Below are positions 9,304-19,165 of a DNA stretch of 64,000 bases, one piece after another. The position numbers and the translations under genes were made by a program. The notes beneath the pieces are model-generated. The model did no database searches. It saw only the letters and a list, made by a program, of their open reading frames with translations, and had not been told where the DNA came from. Positions within the stretch are counted from its first letter, which is position 1. Each line of letters opens with the position of its first letter. The stretch is from Arcobacteraceae bacterium (lineage in GTDB: Bacteria > Campylobacterota > Campylobacteria > Campylobacterales > Arcobacteraceae): the NCBI GenBank assembly GCA_963662945.1, contig OY759974.1, positions 2,080,001 to 2,144,000 on the forward strand, read 5' to 3'.

Positions 9304-10677
9304 GTGGATACAAAAAGTAAATTTGATTTAGTAAATTTGAATGAGAAGAGTTTAAAAAATTTAACAACATTAGGTTTTCTTTATATGACACCTATTCAAG
9401 AGAAAAGTTTGCCATATATTTTAGATAAAAAAGATGTAATTGGAAAAGCAAAAACAGGAAGTGGAAAAACAGTTTCTTTTGGTCTTGGAATTTTAAATAA
9501 TCTTGATAGTACTAATTTTAGAATTCAGTCGCTAGTTCTTTGTCCGACAAGAGAACTAGCAACACAAGTAGCAAATACTTTGAAAAATTTAGCACGATAT
9601 AAACACAATATAAAAATACTGACTCTAACAGGGGGAGTGCCTTATAAACCACAAGTTCATTCACTTTCTCATCAAGCACATATCATAGTAGGAACACCAG
9701 GAAGAGTTTTAAAACATCTTACTGAGAATAATTTCTCTTGCGAATTTATTAATACACTTGTATTAGATGAAGCGGATAGAATGTTAGATATGGGATTTAG
9801 TGAAGATATTAATCTGATTATTGATTATCTTCCAAAACAAAGACAAACAATGCTTTTTTCAGCAACTTATCCTGAAAGTATAGAAGAACTTTCAAATAAT
9901 ATTTTATCTAATCCAATAACTGTAGAAGTAGAATCAACACATTCAAGTAATAGTATCACACAAAAGTTTTACGAAGTGAATGAACATCAAAAAACTAGTT
10001 TAGTTTTAAAACTTTTTCAACCTACACAAAAAAGTGTAATTATCTTTTGTAATACAAAAATTCAATGTGATGAATTAGCAGATAGTTTAGAACAATATGA
10101 TATGGAACCTCTTGTGCTTCATAGTGATATGGAACAAAAATATAGAGATGAAACATTAATAATGTTTGCGAATAAAAGTTATCCCATACTGATTGCAACA
10201 GATGTTGCTTCAAGAGGGCTTGATATTGAAGATGTTGATATGGTTATAAATTATGATTTACCAAATGACTTTGAAGTCTATACACATAGAATTGGGCGTA
10301 CAGCTCGAGCTGGAAAAGATGGTGTGGCTGTTAGTTTTGTAGATAATTTGGGAAAATTTGAAGATTTAGAAGAGTATTTGAATACAACTTTTGAACTTCT
10401 TTCAAGTGATGATATAAAAACCAAAGATGATGTAAGATTAGAATATGATTATTCTACTTTATATATCAATGGTGGTAAACGTCATAAGTTAAGAGCTGGA
10501 GATATTTTAGGAGCTTTAACTGCTGGAATAGGGCTTGCTAAAGATGATATAGGAAAAATTGATATATTACCTACGTGTTCTTATGTTGCTGTAAAAAATG
10601 AAGTGTATCAAAAAGCCTTTGATGGGCTAAATTCAAATAAAATGAAAAATAGGTATTTTAAAATATATAAAAGATAA
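9304..10677 (+). CDS. dbpA: DEAD-box RNA helicase DbpA
   Basis: AKTGSGKT, PTRELA, DEAD, SAT, HRIGRTAR; C-terminal GGKRHKLRAGDILGALT DbpA RNA-binding domain. Confidence 0.95.
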   Translation: MDTKSKFDLVNLNEKSLKNLTTLGFLYMTPIQEKSLPYILDKKDVIGKAKTGSGKTVSFGLGILNNLDSTNFRIQSLVLCPTRELATQVANTLKNLARYKHNIKILTLTGGVPYKPQVHSLSHQAHIIVGTPGRVLKHLTENNFSCEFINTLVLDEADRMLDMGFSEDINLIIDYLPKQRQTMLFSATYPESIEELSNNILSNPITVEVESTHSSNSITQKFYEVNEHQKTSLVLKLFQPTQKSVIIFCNTKIQCDELADSLEQYDMEPLVLHSDMEQKYRDETLIMFANKSYPILIATDVASRGLDIEDVDMVINYDLPNDFEVYTHRIGRTARAGKDGVAVSFVDNLGKFEDLEEYLNTTFELLSSDDIKTKDDVRLEYDYSTLYINGGKRHKLRAGDILGALTAGIGLAKDDIGKIDILPTCSYVAVKNEVYQKAFDGLNSNKMKNRYFKIYKR

Positions 10678-10685
10678 AAAGCACT

Positions 10686-11165
10686 CTAAATATGAGTACT
10701 TTCTTTTTTTGTTCTTATAAATTGATTTGTAAAATATATTTCACTTAAAAATAATAATAGTGATATAATTAAAAATACCATTGCTAAAATAAATGCAACA
10801 GAGATAAATATTTCACTATCAAAAGAAAATAATGAACTAAAAAATACACTTATAATAACCAAAGCAATCATAAGTCCAGTAGATGTTGCAAAAAAGATAG
10901 AAGTATTGATATTTTGAATACGCATAAGTAAAAAGGTTCTTCTTTTTATAAGGTATTTAGTTTCTTCACTACAGGCATCATCTTCTTTTTCATGTTGATT
11001 TATAATAGCATCCATAATTTCTAATTTATCGATAGTTCGTGTAAGTCTACTTGTTAAGACATTTAAAAGTCCAGCAACACCAGCTATTAAGAAAACTGGT
11101 GCAACTGAGAGTTGAATTAGTGTTGATATTGTTGTTACTTCAGAACCGTTAGTTGGTATAAACAT
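10686..11165 (-). CDS. DUF2721 membrane protein
   Basis: IQLSVAPVFLIAGVAGLLNVLTSRL. Confidence 0.88.
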   Translation of the reverse strand: MFIPTNGSEVTTISTLIQLSVAPVFLIAGVAGLLNVLTSRLTRTIDKLEIMDAIINQHEKEDDACSEETKYLIKRRTFLLMRIQNINTSIFFATSTGLMIALVIISVFFSSLFSFDSEIFISVAFILAMVFLIISLLLFLSEIYFTNQFIRTKKESTHI

Positions 11166-11238
11166 AAATTACCTTTTTACTTTTGGGTATTATAACAAAT
11201 TTAAGATTGTATTTTATTTTATGTAGATGAGTAAAAGT

Positions 11239-12669
11239 TTACTCATCTAATGCAATATCTTTACTAAAGTAAGGATTTGATAATTGAAATTTACTAAGTA
11301 TTCTACTATATAAAACACTGTTTTCAAACATATTTCCCATCATTACAAAGTTTTGGATATTGAATTTCTCTTTTAATTGGTTTAGTGTTGTAATACTCAT
11401 ATCAGCCAAAGCTTCAAAAATAGAATATGCCAAATAATGCTCTTCTACTCCTGCTAATTTAAAGCTTATAATTGAACCAATAAAATCACTATAACTAAAT
11501 CCATTTTTTGTAAAGTTTGTATCGATTTTTAATCCACCATTCCCTCTAAATTCATAGGCTTTATCACATACTGCTTCAAATCCTTTGTCTTTTAGTTCTA
11601 AAATAGATGAAATAGTTTCAAAGATATTCATAGAAGGGTTTGTTTCAAACTCTTGTACTATTTCAGGATATTTTTTAGAGAAATTTTCTAATAGTTTTAT
11701 TCTTTTTTCATCACTTTTAAATTCTTCTAATACTGTCTTTAAATCAAACTCTTGAAACTGAATTACTTTTTTAACACCAACTTCATTTGATACAATAAAT
11801 GAGATTCCCAAAAGACTTAGATTTGCACCTATTGCACCTTTGTTAAATCCAGCTTCTTGTGAAATATTTAAAAATCTATTGAGAACTTTATCTTCATTTA
11901 ATAAGTCTAATTGTTTAGCAACTCTTGATGCTGTAATGATTGTTTTATTTTGTTGGATAACAACAACTTTTAAATCATTTGTATCTTCAAAAAACAAATA
12001 GTCAACACCACTTTCTTTTGCATTAATAGATGCCAAAAGACTTCTATTATTGTAAGGTGCTTTGATAAAGATATAATTTTTACCTGTAAGAGTTTTGAGT
12101 GTTTCATCTTTTATTGTTGCTTTGACAGTTGGTTTTTCTATACTAAATAAAGCTTTTATTTCATCTTCTGTAAGTATAAAAAGATCATCTATTTTTTCAC
12201 TGTTTGTAATAAGTACAGCACAATCTTGACTATAATGTGGAGAAAAAGTTGTAAAGTCTTCATAAGTTTTTTGTACTAGATTAGAATAATGATTACACTT
12301 AAAAGATTCATCTAAATAATATTGACTACTTGGGTCTTGTATGAGTTCTAAACATTTAGGACAAGGAGCAATATTATAATCATCAGATTTAAAATCACTA
12401 GGGTATATTTTCTCATCACTGTTAATTGTTTCGATTTCTCCTAAAAATATCGAATGAGGTAAATATTTTGCAAGGTTTTCATTGAATAGTTCTAAATCTT
12501 TTTCATTATTTGTATCTATGCAAAGTTCTATTTTATTGTTTTGTTGTTTGACACTGGCATTGATTTGACTATTGTTTATAATTGTTTGTAAAAATCCTGC
12601 AAAATAAGTATTATTACTATGATAGTTTATTATTTGTTTAACTGGCACTTTGATATTCCTTACATTCAC
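11239..12669 (-). CDS. hydE: hydrogenase accessory protein HydE (degenerate HypF-like)
   Basis: LPHSIFL, CPKC, EFRGNGGLKID; follows hydD as in Campylobacterota hyd operons. Confidence 0.8.
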   Translation of the reverse strand: MNVRNIKVPVKQIINYHSNNTYFAGFLQTIINNSQINASVKQQNNKIELCIDTNNEKDLELFNENLAKYLPHSIFLGEIETINSDEKIYPSDFKSDDYNIAPCPKCLELIQDPSSQYYLDESFKCNHYSNLVQKTYEDFTTFSPHYSQDCAVLITNSEKIDDLFILTEDEIKALFSIEKPTVKATIKDETLKTLTGKNYIFIKAPYNNRSLLASINAKESGVDYLFFEDTNDLKVVVIQQNKTIITASRVAKQLDLLNEDKVLNRFLNISQEAGFNKGAIGANLSLLGISFIVSNEVGVKKVIQFQEFDLKTVLEEFKSDEKRIKLLENFSKKYPEIVQEFETNPSMNIFETISSILELKDKGFEAVCDKAYEFRGNGGLKIDTNFTKNGFSYSDFIGSIISFKLAGVEEHYLAYSIFEALADMSITTLNQLKEKFNIQNFVMMGNMFENSVLYSRILSKFQLSNPYFSKDIALDE

Positions 12670-13195
12670 TACTTGGATCTTTATAGGCAGCTATAATATC
12701 TTCTAGAGTAGTTTCTTTTTCTTTTTTAGTGTGATTAATTCCTGCTTTTTGGAGTTCATCTAATGCTGTCTGTACAAATGTTGGAAAGACCTTTTTCATA
12801 CTATCACTTAATCCAACATTTACACTTTTAATATCTTCTGGAACAATTCCTATTATATTGACATCTGCCATATTTTCTAAAAGTGAACATATTTCGAGCA
12901 TCTCAACAATCTCAACTTCATGGGCTGTTTGTTTATAACTCCCAAGTCCTAAAAGTTCATTTGCTGGAAGATTATAAATAGAACCTACAGTATCTTCCAT
13001 TGTGATTGTATCAAGTATTAAAACTTTGTCATAATCTTGATAATAAGTCATCAGTTGAAATCCTAAAACACCACCATCTACAAGTGTAACATCACTATCA
13101 AATGTATAGTTTTCACTTAAGTATTTTGAAGCATAAACACCAATACCTTCATCTTGAAATATTATTGTACCAGCTCCCACTATTGCTGTTGTCAT
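12638..13195 (-). CDS. hydD: hydrogenase maturation protease
   Basis: DEGIGV, VDGGVLG, TAHEV. Confidence 0.93.
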   Translation of the reverse strand: MTTAIVGAGTIIFQDEGIGVYASKYLSENYTFDSDVTLVDGGVLGFQLMTYYQDYDKVLILDTITMEDTVGSIYNLPANELLGLGSYKQTAHEVEIVEMLEICSLLENMADVNIIGIVPEDIKSVNVGLSDSMKKVFPTFVQTALDELQKAGINHTKKEKETTLEDIIAAYKDPSSECKEYQSAS

Positions 13196-13215
13196 ATTTT
13201 TCCCTTTTTAAAAAA

Positions 13216-13246
13216 AATGCTAGATGAGATTTTCTCATCTAGCATT
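13216..13246 (-). terminator. intrinsic terminator-like hairpin just upstream of hydD
   Basis: 14-bp perfect stem AATGCTAGATGAGA/TCTCATCTAGCATT followed by a U-run on the minus strand. Confidence 0.65.
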
Positions 13247-13336
13247 ATAATGTATTACTCTTTGAGAATAATTATAGTAGTTATTGGCATAAACTATGTA
13301 AAATAAATTTTACATATAAGTTTTGCCGTGCGAAGC

Positions 13337-13364
13337 AATAAAAGCCAAACTGTTGGCTTTTATT
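13337..13364 (-). terminator. stem-loop at hydC 3' end
   Basis: AATAAAAGCCAA-ACTG-TTGGCTTTTATT. Confidence 0.65.
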
Positions 13365-14065
13365 TAATGCTTCTCCTCTTTAACAAATTTACTACCACCA
13401 ACAACGATACTAATATCACCTTCATTCCAAAAGATTGTTCTCCATATTTGATAATAAATATGGAACATAACCCACACAATAATAGCATACATAGTATAGT
13501 GGTGAGATAGTCTTACATCCATAAATGTACCACCCGTTGCCCATACTGTCCAATCAGTCGCAACATGTAATATCCAAGGCCACCATGCCCCAATAGAACT
13601 TATACCAGAAGCAAGTCCATGCACATATAGTTGTAAACCTGTTAATAACATCCATACAAGCATAAGATGAAATACAAAGAAGAATACGGCATTAAAACTA
13701 TCTGCATGACTTGAATCAAATTTTTTTACTCTATTAAGAGTAATTAAATTAATAAACACATCAAAGAACTGTTTTATATTACTCATATTTGGAATTAGCT
13801 TTTTATATGGTTTTTCAAATCTTGAAAAAAAGTATAAATAAGCAACCACAATACTACTAACGTCAAAGATAATAGCTGCCATAAAATGTATCCATCTGTT
13901 CCAAGCCATTACATATTTATCAACAGCAGGATCAGCAATAAAACTTTGATAATAAGGGTGTCCTATATAAAGTCCTGTAACAACAGCTGCAACCATACAA
14001 ATAGCTACAACCCAATGGTTCCACCTCATAAAGGTGGTCATTCTTTTTACTTTTTGATAACTCAT
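13364..14065 (-). CDS. hydC: Ni/Fe hydrogenase cytochrome b subunit
   Basis: RWNHW, RWIHF, LSHHY, MFHIY haem-ligand histidines in TM helices. Confidence 0.95.
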   Translation of the reverse strand: MSYQKVKRMTTFMRWNHWVVAICMVAAVVTGLYIGHPYYQSFIADPAVDKYVMAWNRWIHFMAAIIFDVSSIVVAYLYFFSRFEKPYKKLIPNMSNIKQFFDVFINLITLNRVKKFDSSHADSFNAVFFFVFHLMLVWMLLTGLQLYVHGLASGISSIGAWWPWILHVATDWTVWATGGTFMDVRLSHHYTMYAIIVWVMFHIYYQIWRTIFWNEGDISIVVGGSKFVKEEKH

Positions 14066-14078
14066 ATTGTCCCCCTTA

Positions 14079-15824
14079 TTATATAGAACAACTAGTATTG
14101 ACTTTAAAGCTACTTAACTCTTTTCCTTTAGTATCTACAATATGTACAGCACAAGCAATACATGGGTCAAAACTATGTATAGTTCTTAATATTTCTAAAG
14201 GCTGATCAGGATTAGCAACTTTAGTTCCTATTAATGAAGCTTCATAAGCACCCATTCTATCTTTGTAGTCTCTTGGAGCTGCATTCCATGTTGATGGAAC
14301 AACCGCTTGGTAGTTTTCTATTTTACCATCTTTGATTTTTACCCAGTGACCTAAACCACCTCTTGGTGCTTCTGCTAGTCCATGACCTTTTGCATCTTTT
14401 GATACAGTATTAAAATCAAACTCTGTCCATGTAGATAAATCCCCATTTGCAACATTTGCAGCTAGTTCATCAACCCATTCTAACATTACATCAGCTAAAA
14501 GTTCACTTTCAATAGCACGAGCAGCTGTTCTACCAACAGTAGAGAACAGTGCACTTGCAGGTGCTGCTTTTCCTAAACCTAATTTTTCACCTAAAAGTCC
14601 TAAGAAACCAGTTACATATTTTGTAATTCTTTCATCACCAGCTGCAACACCTACTACCATTCTAGCTAACGGTCCAACCTCTACTCTTGTATCATCATAA
14701 ATTGGTGATTTAATCCAAGAATACTTTTCTTTTGGTTTAATATAAGAGAAACCATCAGCTTTTTTCTCAAAACCAGTATATTTAGGTTCAGTTTCACCAT
14801 CATAAGGATGAAGAGGTTTATTACCTTCGTACCAAGAATGAGTAACATCTTCTGCAACTTTATTTTGGTCAAATGGATATACTTTTGACAAGTCACCATT
14901 AAGAACTACACCACTTGGAAATAAAAGTGCTGATTTGTAAAAACCTGTGTCATCAAGTCTAAAGTCACCATAAGTCATATAGTTTTTAAGACCACCACCA
15001 GTTCCATCTAATGCTTCATCTACATATTTTACACCAGCCATCGCTAAATCAGGAAGATATGCTGTTTTGATAAAATGTCTAAATTTTTTCAATAATGTTT
15101 TAAATAGTGCAATTCTTGCAGGGTTTTTAATATCTTGAACACAAGTAACACCACCAACGACAAGTGATTGAGGATGTGGCATTTTACCACCAAAGATTGC
15201 CATCATTTTAGCTGCATCTCTTTGTAAATCAAGTGCTTGAAGATAGTGTGCTGTTGCTATTAAATTTTGTTCAGGAGTAAGTTTATAAGATTTATTTCCC
15301 CAATATGCATTTGAGAAAATTCCTAGTCGACCTTGTTTAACAAATTTAGTAAGTCTTTCTTGTATTTGAATTAGTTCTGATTTACTTGTACCATAAGGAG
15401 TTTTATGCCAATTAAAAGATTCAGCTTCCGCTTTAGCAGGATCTGCTTTAAGTGCACTTGTAATATCAACCCAGTCAAGTCCATGAAGATGATAGAAATG
15501 TACAACGTGGTCATGTAAGTATAATGCACCTTGAATTAAGTTTCTGACTAGTCTAGCATTTTTTGGAATAGTTACATTAAATGCATCTTCAACTGCTTCA
15601 ATACTTCTTTGGTAGTGAGTACCTGTACAAACACCACAGATTCGCATAGCTAAAAGTCCAGCATCTCTTGGATCTCTTCCTTTTAGAATAGTTTCAATTC
15701 CTCTAAACATTGTACTACTTGCGTACGCATCTTTTATAATATTATCTTCACCGATAATTGCCTCAACTCTTAAGTGACCTTCAATTCTAGTAATTGGATC
15801 TACTATTAAATGTTTATTTGCCAT
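14079..15824 (-). CDS. hydB: group 1 [NiFe] uptake hydrogenase large subunit
   Basis: DPITRIEGH, RICGVC, SFDPCIACAVH plus cleavable C-terminal tail. Confidence 0.98.
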   Translation of the reverse strand: MANKHLIVDPITRIEGHLRVEAIIGEDNIIKDAYASSTMFRGIETILKGRDPRDAGLLAMRICGVCTGTHYQRSIEAVEDAFNVTIPKNARLVRNLIQGALYLHDHVVHFYHLHGLDWVDITSALKADPAKAEAESFNWHKTPYGTSKSELIQIQERLTKFVKQGRLGIFSNAYWGNKSYKLTPEQNLIATAHYLQALDLQRDAAKMMAIFGGKMPHPQSLVVGGVTCVQDIKNPARIALFKTLLKKFRHFIKTAYLPDLAMAGVKYVDEALDGTGGGLKNYMTYGDFRLDDTGFYKSALLFPSGVVLNGDLSKVYPFDQNKVAEDVTHSWYEGNKPLHPYDGETEPKYTGFEKKADGFSYIKPKEKYSWIKSPIYDDTRVEVGPLARMVVGVAAGDERITKYVTGFLGLLGEKLGLGKAAPASALFSTVGRTAARAIESELLADVMLEWVDELAANVANGDLSTWTEFDFNTVSKDAKGHGLAEAPRGGLGHWVKIKDGKIENYQAVVPSTWNAAPRDYKDRMGAYEASLIGTKVANPDQPLEILRTIHSFDPCIACAVHIVDTKGKELSSFKVNTSCSI

Positions 15825-17049
15825 TACTCATCTCCCTCTTTTTTCCTGCTGCAATACTTGCTACTGCGTGAATACCGATACCAATACCAGCCGCTGTTAA
15901 TAATCCTAAACCAAATTCATCTACAGATTTTTCTACACCACCAGTTGGTGCTTTGATACGACTGTCTGCGATTGGTCGTTCTGTTGCATATTTATCCCAG
16001 AATTGTGGCTCTGAACAACCAATACAACCATGACCTGCACCAATAGGCCAATTCACTGCTTCATTGTATCGTACAATTGAACAGTTGTTGAAAGTCATAG
16101 GACCTTTACATCCCATTTTATATAAACAGAAGTTATTTTCAGCCCCTTTATCTCCCCACTCTTCAACAAATTCTCCAGCATCAAAGTGAGCTCTTCTTTC
16201 ACAGTTATCATGGATTCTATAACCAAATGCAAATTTTGGTCTATTTAAATGGTCTAACTCTGGAATTTGTCCTGTAAGAACAAAATGTAAAATAGTACCA
16301 GTAATATTTGCAGGATTTGCAGGACAGGCTGGAATGTTTATAATAGGTTTCCCTTTTACAACATCTTGCACACCAACAGCACCAGTAGGGTTTGGAGCCG
16401 CCGCAGGAACTCCACCAAATGTAGCACATGTACCAACTGCAACAAGAGCTGCTGCATCTTTTGCGACATGTTGTAAATGTTCCTCAAAAGTTTCAGCTTT
16501 TGCTCCGATAGTACACCACTCTTTACCTGCACCAACAGGAATTGAACCTTCAACTACACAGATATATTTACCTTTAAAAGTTTTCATTGCTTCTTCTAAA
16601 TGTCCTTCTGCTTCGTGTCCGGCAGCAACCATTAAAGTTTCGTTGAATTCTAAAGATAATACATCTAAAATAAGTTCATCGATAGTAGGTGCATCACTTC
16701 TTAAAATTGCTTCAGAGTTACCCGCACAATCTTGAAGTTCAAGCCAAATGACCGGAACTCTATTCATAAGTTCAGCAGCTCGTAAAACTACTGGTGTAAA
16801 TGTAGGAGGAAGCATAAGCATAGCACAGGCTGCACTTGCCCACTTCATAAAATCTCTTCTTGTAAGACCTTCTGCTTCCAAAACATGTTCTATAGATGTT
16901 TTTGAGGCAACCTCAGTTTTTTCTAACTCATCAAGTCTTCGATTCATCTTCTCCAACAAGTTATTATAATACTCATCACCACGGTTTGTATTTACTTTTG
17001 CACCTTTTGCACTGAACATTGAAGCTAATGCATCTCTTCTATCAGTCAT
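15814..17049 (-). CDS. hydA: group 1 [NiFe] hydrogenase small subunit (Tat)
   Basis: TRRDFMK Tat motif, QDCAGNSE, HDNCERR, C-terminal TM anchor. Confidence 0.97.
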   Translation of the reverse strand: MTDRRDALASMFSAKGAKVNTNRGDEYYNNLLEKMNRRLDELEKTEVASKTSIEHVLEAEGLTRRDFMKWASAACAMLMLPPTFTPVVLRAAELMNRVPVIWLELQDCAGNSEAILRSDAPTIDELILDVLSLEFNETLMVAAGHEAEGHLEEAMKTFKGKYICVVEGSIPVGAGKEWCTIGAKAETFEEHLQHVAKDAAALVAVGTCATFGGVPAAAPNPTGAVGVQDVVKGKPIINIPACPANPANITGTILHFVLTGQIPELDHLNRPKFAFGYRIHDNCERRAHFDAGEFVEEWGDKGAENNFCLYKMGCKGPMTFNNCSIVRYNEAVNWPIGAGHGCIGCSEPQFWDKYATERPIADSRIKAPTGGVEKSVDEFGLGLLTAAGIGIGIHAVASIAAGKKREMSNGK

Positions 17050-17071
17050 GACATTCCCCTTTTAAATTATC

Positions 17072-17085
17072 TGAATATTCATTCA
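17072..17085. promoter_or_regulatory. candidate TetR operator in hydA promoter
   Basis: TGAAT-ATTC-ATTCA palindrome between a minus-strand TACAAT -10 (17095-17100) and the hydA RBS. Confidence 0.5.
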
Positions 17086-17123
17086 TATAATAAAATTGTA
17101 GGGCAATATAGCTTTAATAAAAC

Positions 17124-19106
17124 TTATACTGAATTAGGAAATGTAATAATAAATTTTGCACCCATGTATTCTTTTTTCTTATAGGTATAGGTGTCATTTA
17201 TAACTGTAATATTACCTTGAAGGTGTTTCACTATAATTTCTCTAGCCATATAAAGTCCTACACCAGTACCTTTTGTTTTATGTTTTGTTGTAAAATATGG
17301 TTCAAATATTTTTTCTAAATATTCCGTTTTTATTCCACCTGCATTATCTTTAATAATAATTGTTATTAAATCATTTTCTTTTGATACTTCTATGAAAAGT
17401 AATTTTACATCTTGAATGTTTTCAAGTGCATCATAAGCATTATTAAGAATAACCAACAAAATCTGTAAAAGTTGATTTTTAAAACTATTTATTTCAATAG
17501 GCTCTATTTGTTTTACAAGAGAAACTTCCTTCATTTTATCTCTTAAATGTATTAACTTTAGTGTTTTATCAAGAATTTTATCAATTTTAAAATACTCTTT
17601 ACTTACACTTGTAACAAAAAAGTTTCTAAAGTCATCTATGGTATTTGAAAGATATTCAGCATTTTCATTAATATTCTCTAATGATTCATCCAAAAATTTG
17701 TCATCTAATTGCCCATATTCTTTTTTTGCTTGAATTCCAGTACTTGAAATAGTTATTAAAGAAAGAGGCTGTCTCCATTGATGAGCAATATTTTCAAGAA
17801 GTTCTCCCATTGCTGCCATTTTTGATTGTTGATAGAGTAATGTTTCTTTTTCTTTAAGGGTTGCTTCGACTTTTATTTTATTTTCAAGTAATTGATTTGT
17901 TTGTATTGCAACTTGCTCAAATTCATTAAATTTAAGTGTATTTAACTCTATTTTTTTGTTTTCATTTACAAGTGTACAAATTGATTTTATGAGATTATTA
18001 ATATCTGTTGTAAGTGATTCTTTAATTGTTTTTAATATGAAGTAAAATAAAATTGAGAATAATATTCCTAAAAATAATGTTGTTACAATATCTTTATAAA
18101 GTTCAGATAGTAGTTCTTTCTTTTTGATTTCTATACTATTATTTATATCTTTAAATGTTTCTCCAAATCCAATATAGAGTTGCCACTTATCAATTCCAAC
18201 TACATAACTTATTTTGTCTAAAGTTTTGTCTTTTCCTAATGGTATACTATAGGTTACAAAACCACTTCCTGATTTTGCTACTTTTATTAGTTCTTGTACT
18301 ACTTTAAGACCATTTACATCGGTAACATTATAAACATTTTTCCCTTTTGCTGGTTCTGTGTAAGATATTCCATCGTAAGAAGCAGAAAAAATATAGTTGC
18401 TTAATGTAGTTCCAAATCGAAAACTATCTATTTTTGCTAAAAAGTGTTGTTTTAGTTTTTCTTCTATATCTGTTAAAAATACCCCAGTTCCAATATAACA
18501 ATCAAATGGTTCAAAATATTTAAAATAAGATATTTTCTTTTCAAATACTAAGGTATTGTGATTTTGCCACTCATACTCAAAAAATCCCTCTTTTTTCTCT
18601 TTAACCATAGTAATAATATCATGAATAGATTTTTTGTTACTTTGGGTTGTAAGATTAAATACATTTTTACCTTCAAGATGTTTTAATCCTGAGACTAATA
18701 AAAATGTACCATCAAGCTTCGTCATAAAAACATATTGATCACCTATATCATAAAATTTTAATTCTCTTAATGATTCAATAATAATACTTTGAATATTTGG
18801 ATTATTTTTTTGTGTTTTATATAAATTTTCTGCAATGTTGTATGCTACATCAACTCTTTTTTGTAACTCTTTTTTTGTTTTTTCTTGAAGTTTTTTTCTT
18901 GAAGATTCTATATCAGTTATAAAAAAATCAACTTTATTTTTCATTAATTCTTTTTTTGCATTTAATGTTTCTTGTTGAATCTTTTCTTTATCTTTTAAAA
19001 AACTATTATAAGATAATAATGCATTAAATAGAATTGTAACAACTATAAACACACTAAATACAATCATTATTGCAGTATAGAGTGTTTCGTATAAACTTTT
19101 TTTCAT
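17124..19106 (-). CDS. double-Cache sensor histidine kinase
   Basis: Two TMs, two Cache repeats, IAHQWRQPL H-box, DNAGGI, FTTK, GTGVGL. Confidence 0.93.
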   Translation of the reverse strand: MKKSLYETLYTAIMIVFSVFIVVTILFNALLSYNSFLKDKEKIQQETLNAKKELMKNKVDFFITDIESSRKKLQEKTKKELQKRVDVAYNIAENLYKTQKNNPNIQSIIIESLRELKFYDIGDQYVFMTKLDGTFLLVSGLKHLEGKNVFNLTTQSNKKSIHDIITMVKEKKEGFFEYEWQNHNTLVFEKKISYFKYFEPFDCYIGTGVFLTDIEEKLKQHFLAKIDSFRFGTTLSNYIFSASYDGISYTEPAKGKNVYNVTDVNGLKVVQELIKVAKSGSGFVTYSIPLGKDKTLDKISYVVGIDKWQLYIGFGETFKDINNSIEIKKKELLSELYKDIVTTLFLGILFSILFYFILKTIKESLTTDINNLIKSICTLVNENKKIELNTLKFNEFEQVAIQTNQLLENKIKVEATLKEKETLLYQQSKMAAMGELLENIAHQWRQPLSLITISSTGIQAKKEYGQLDDKFLDESLENINENAEYLSNTIDDFRNFFVTSVSKEYFKIDKILDKTLKLIHLRDKMKEVSLVKQIEPIEINSFKNQLLQILLVILNNAYDALENIQDVKLLFIEVSKENDLITIIIKDNAGGIKTEYLEKIFEPYFTTKHKTKGTGVGLYMAREIIVKHLQGNITVINDTYTYKKKEYMGAKFIITFPNSV

Positions 19107-19165
19107 TATTTTTGTCTTACCTTTAGGCAATTATATCAAAATTTGAATTACAATAAAGTAACAAA

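Noticed and set aside
13250-13280. NikR box near hydD
   Set aside because: Half-sites and spacing do not fit TRWYA-N15-TRWYA.
16860-17049. Long N-terminal extension before the HydA Tat motif as a novelty
   Set aside because: Extended HydA signal regions are known in Campylobacterota.
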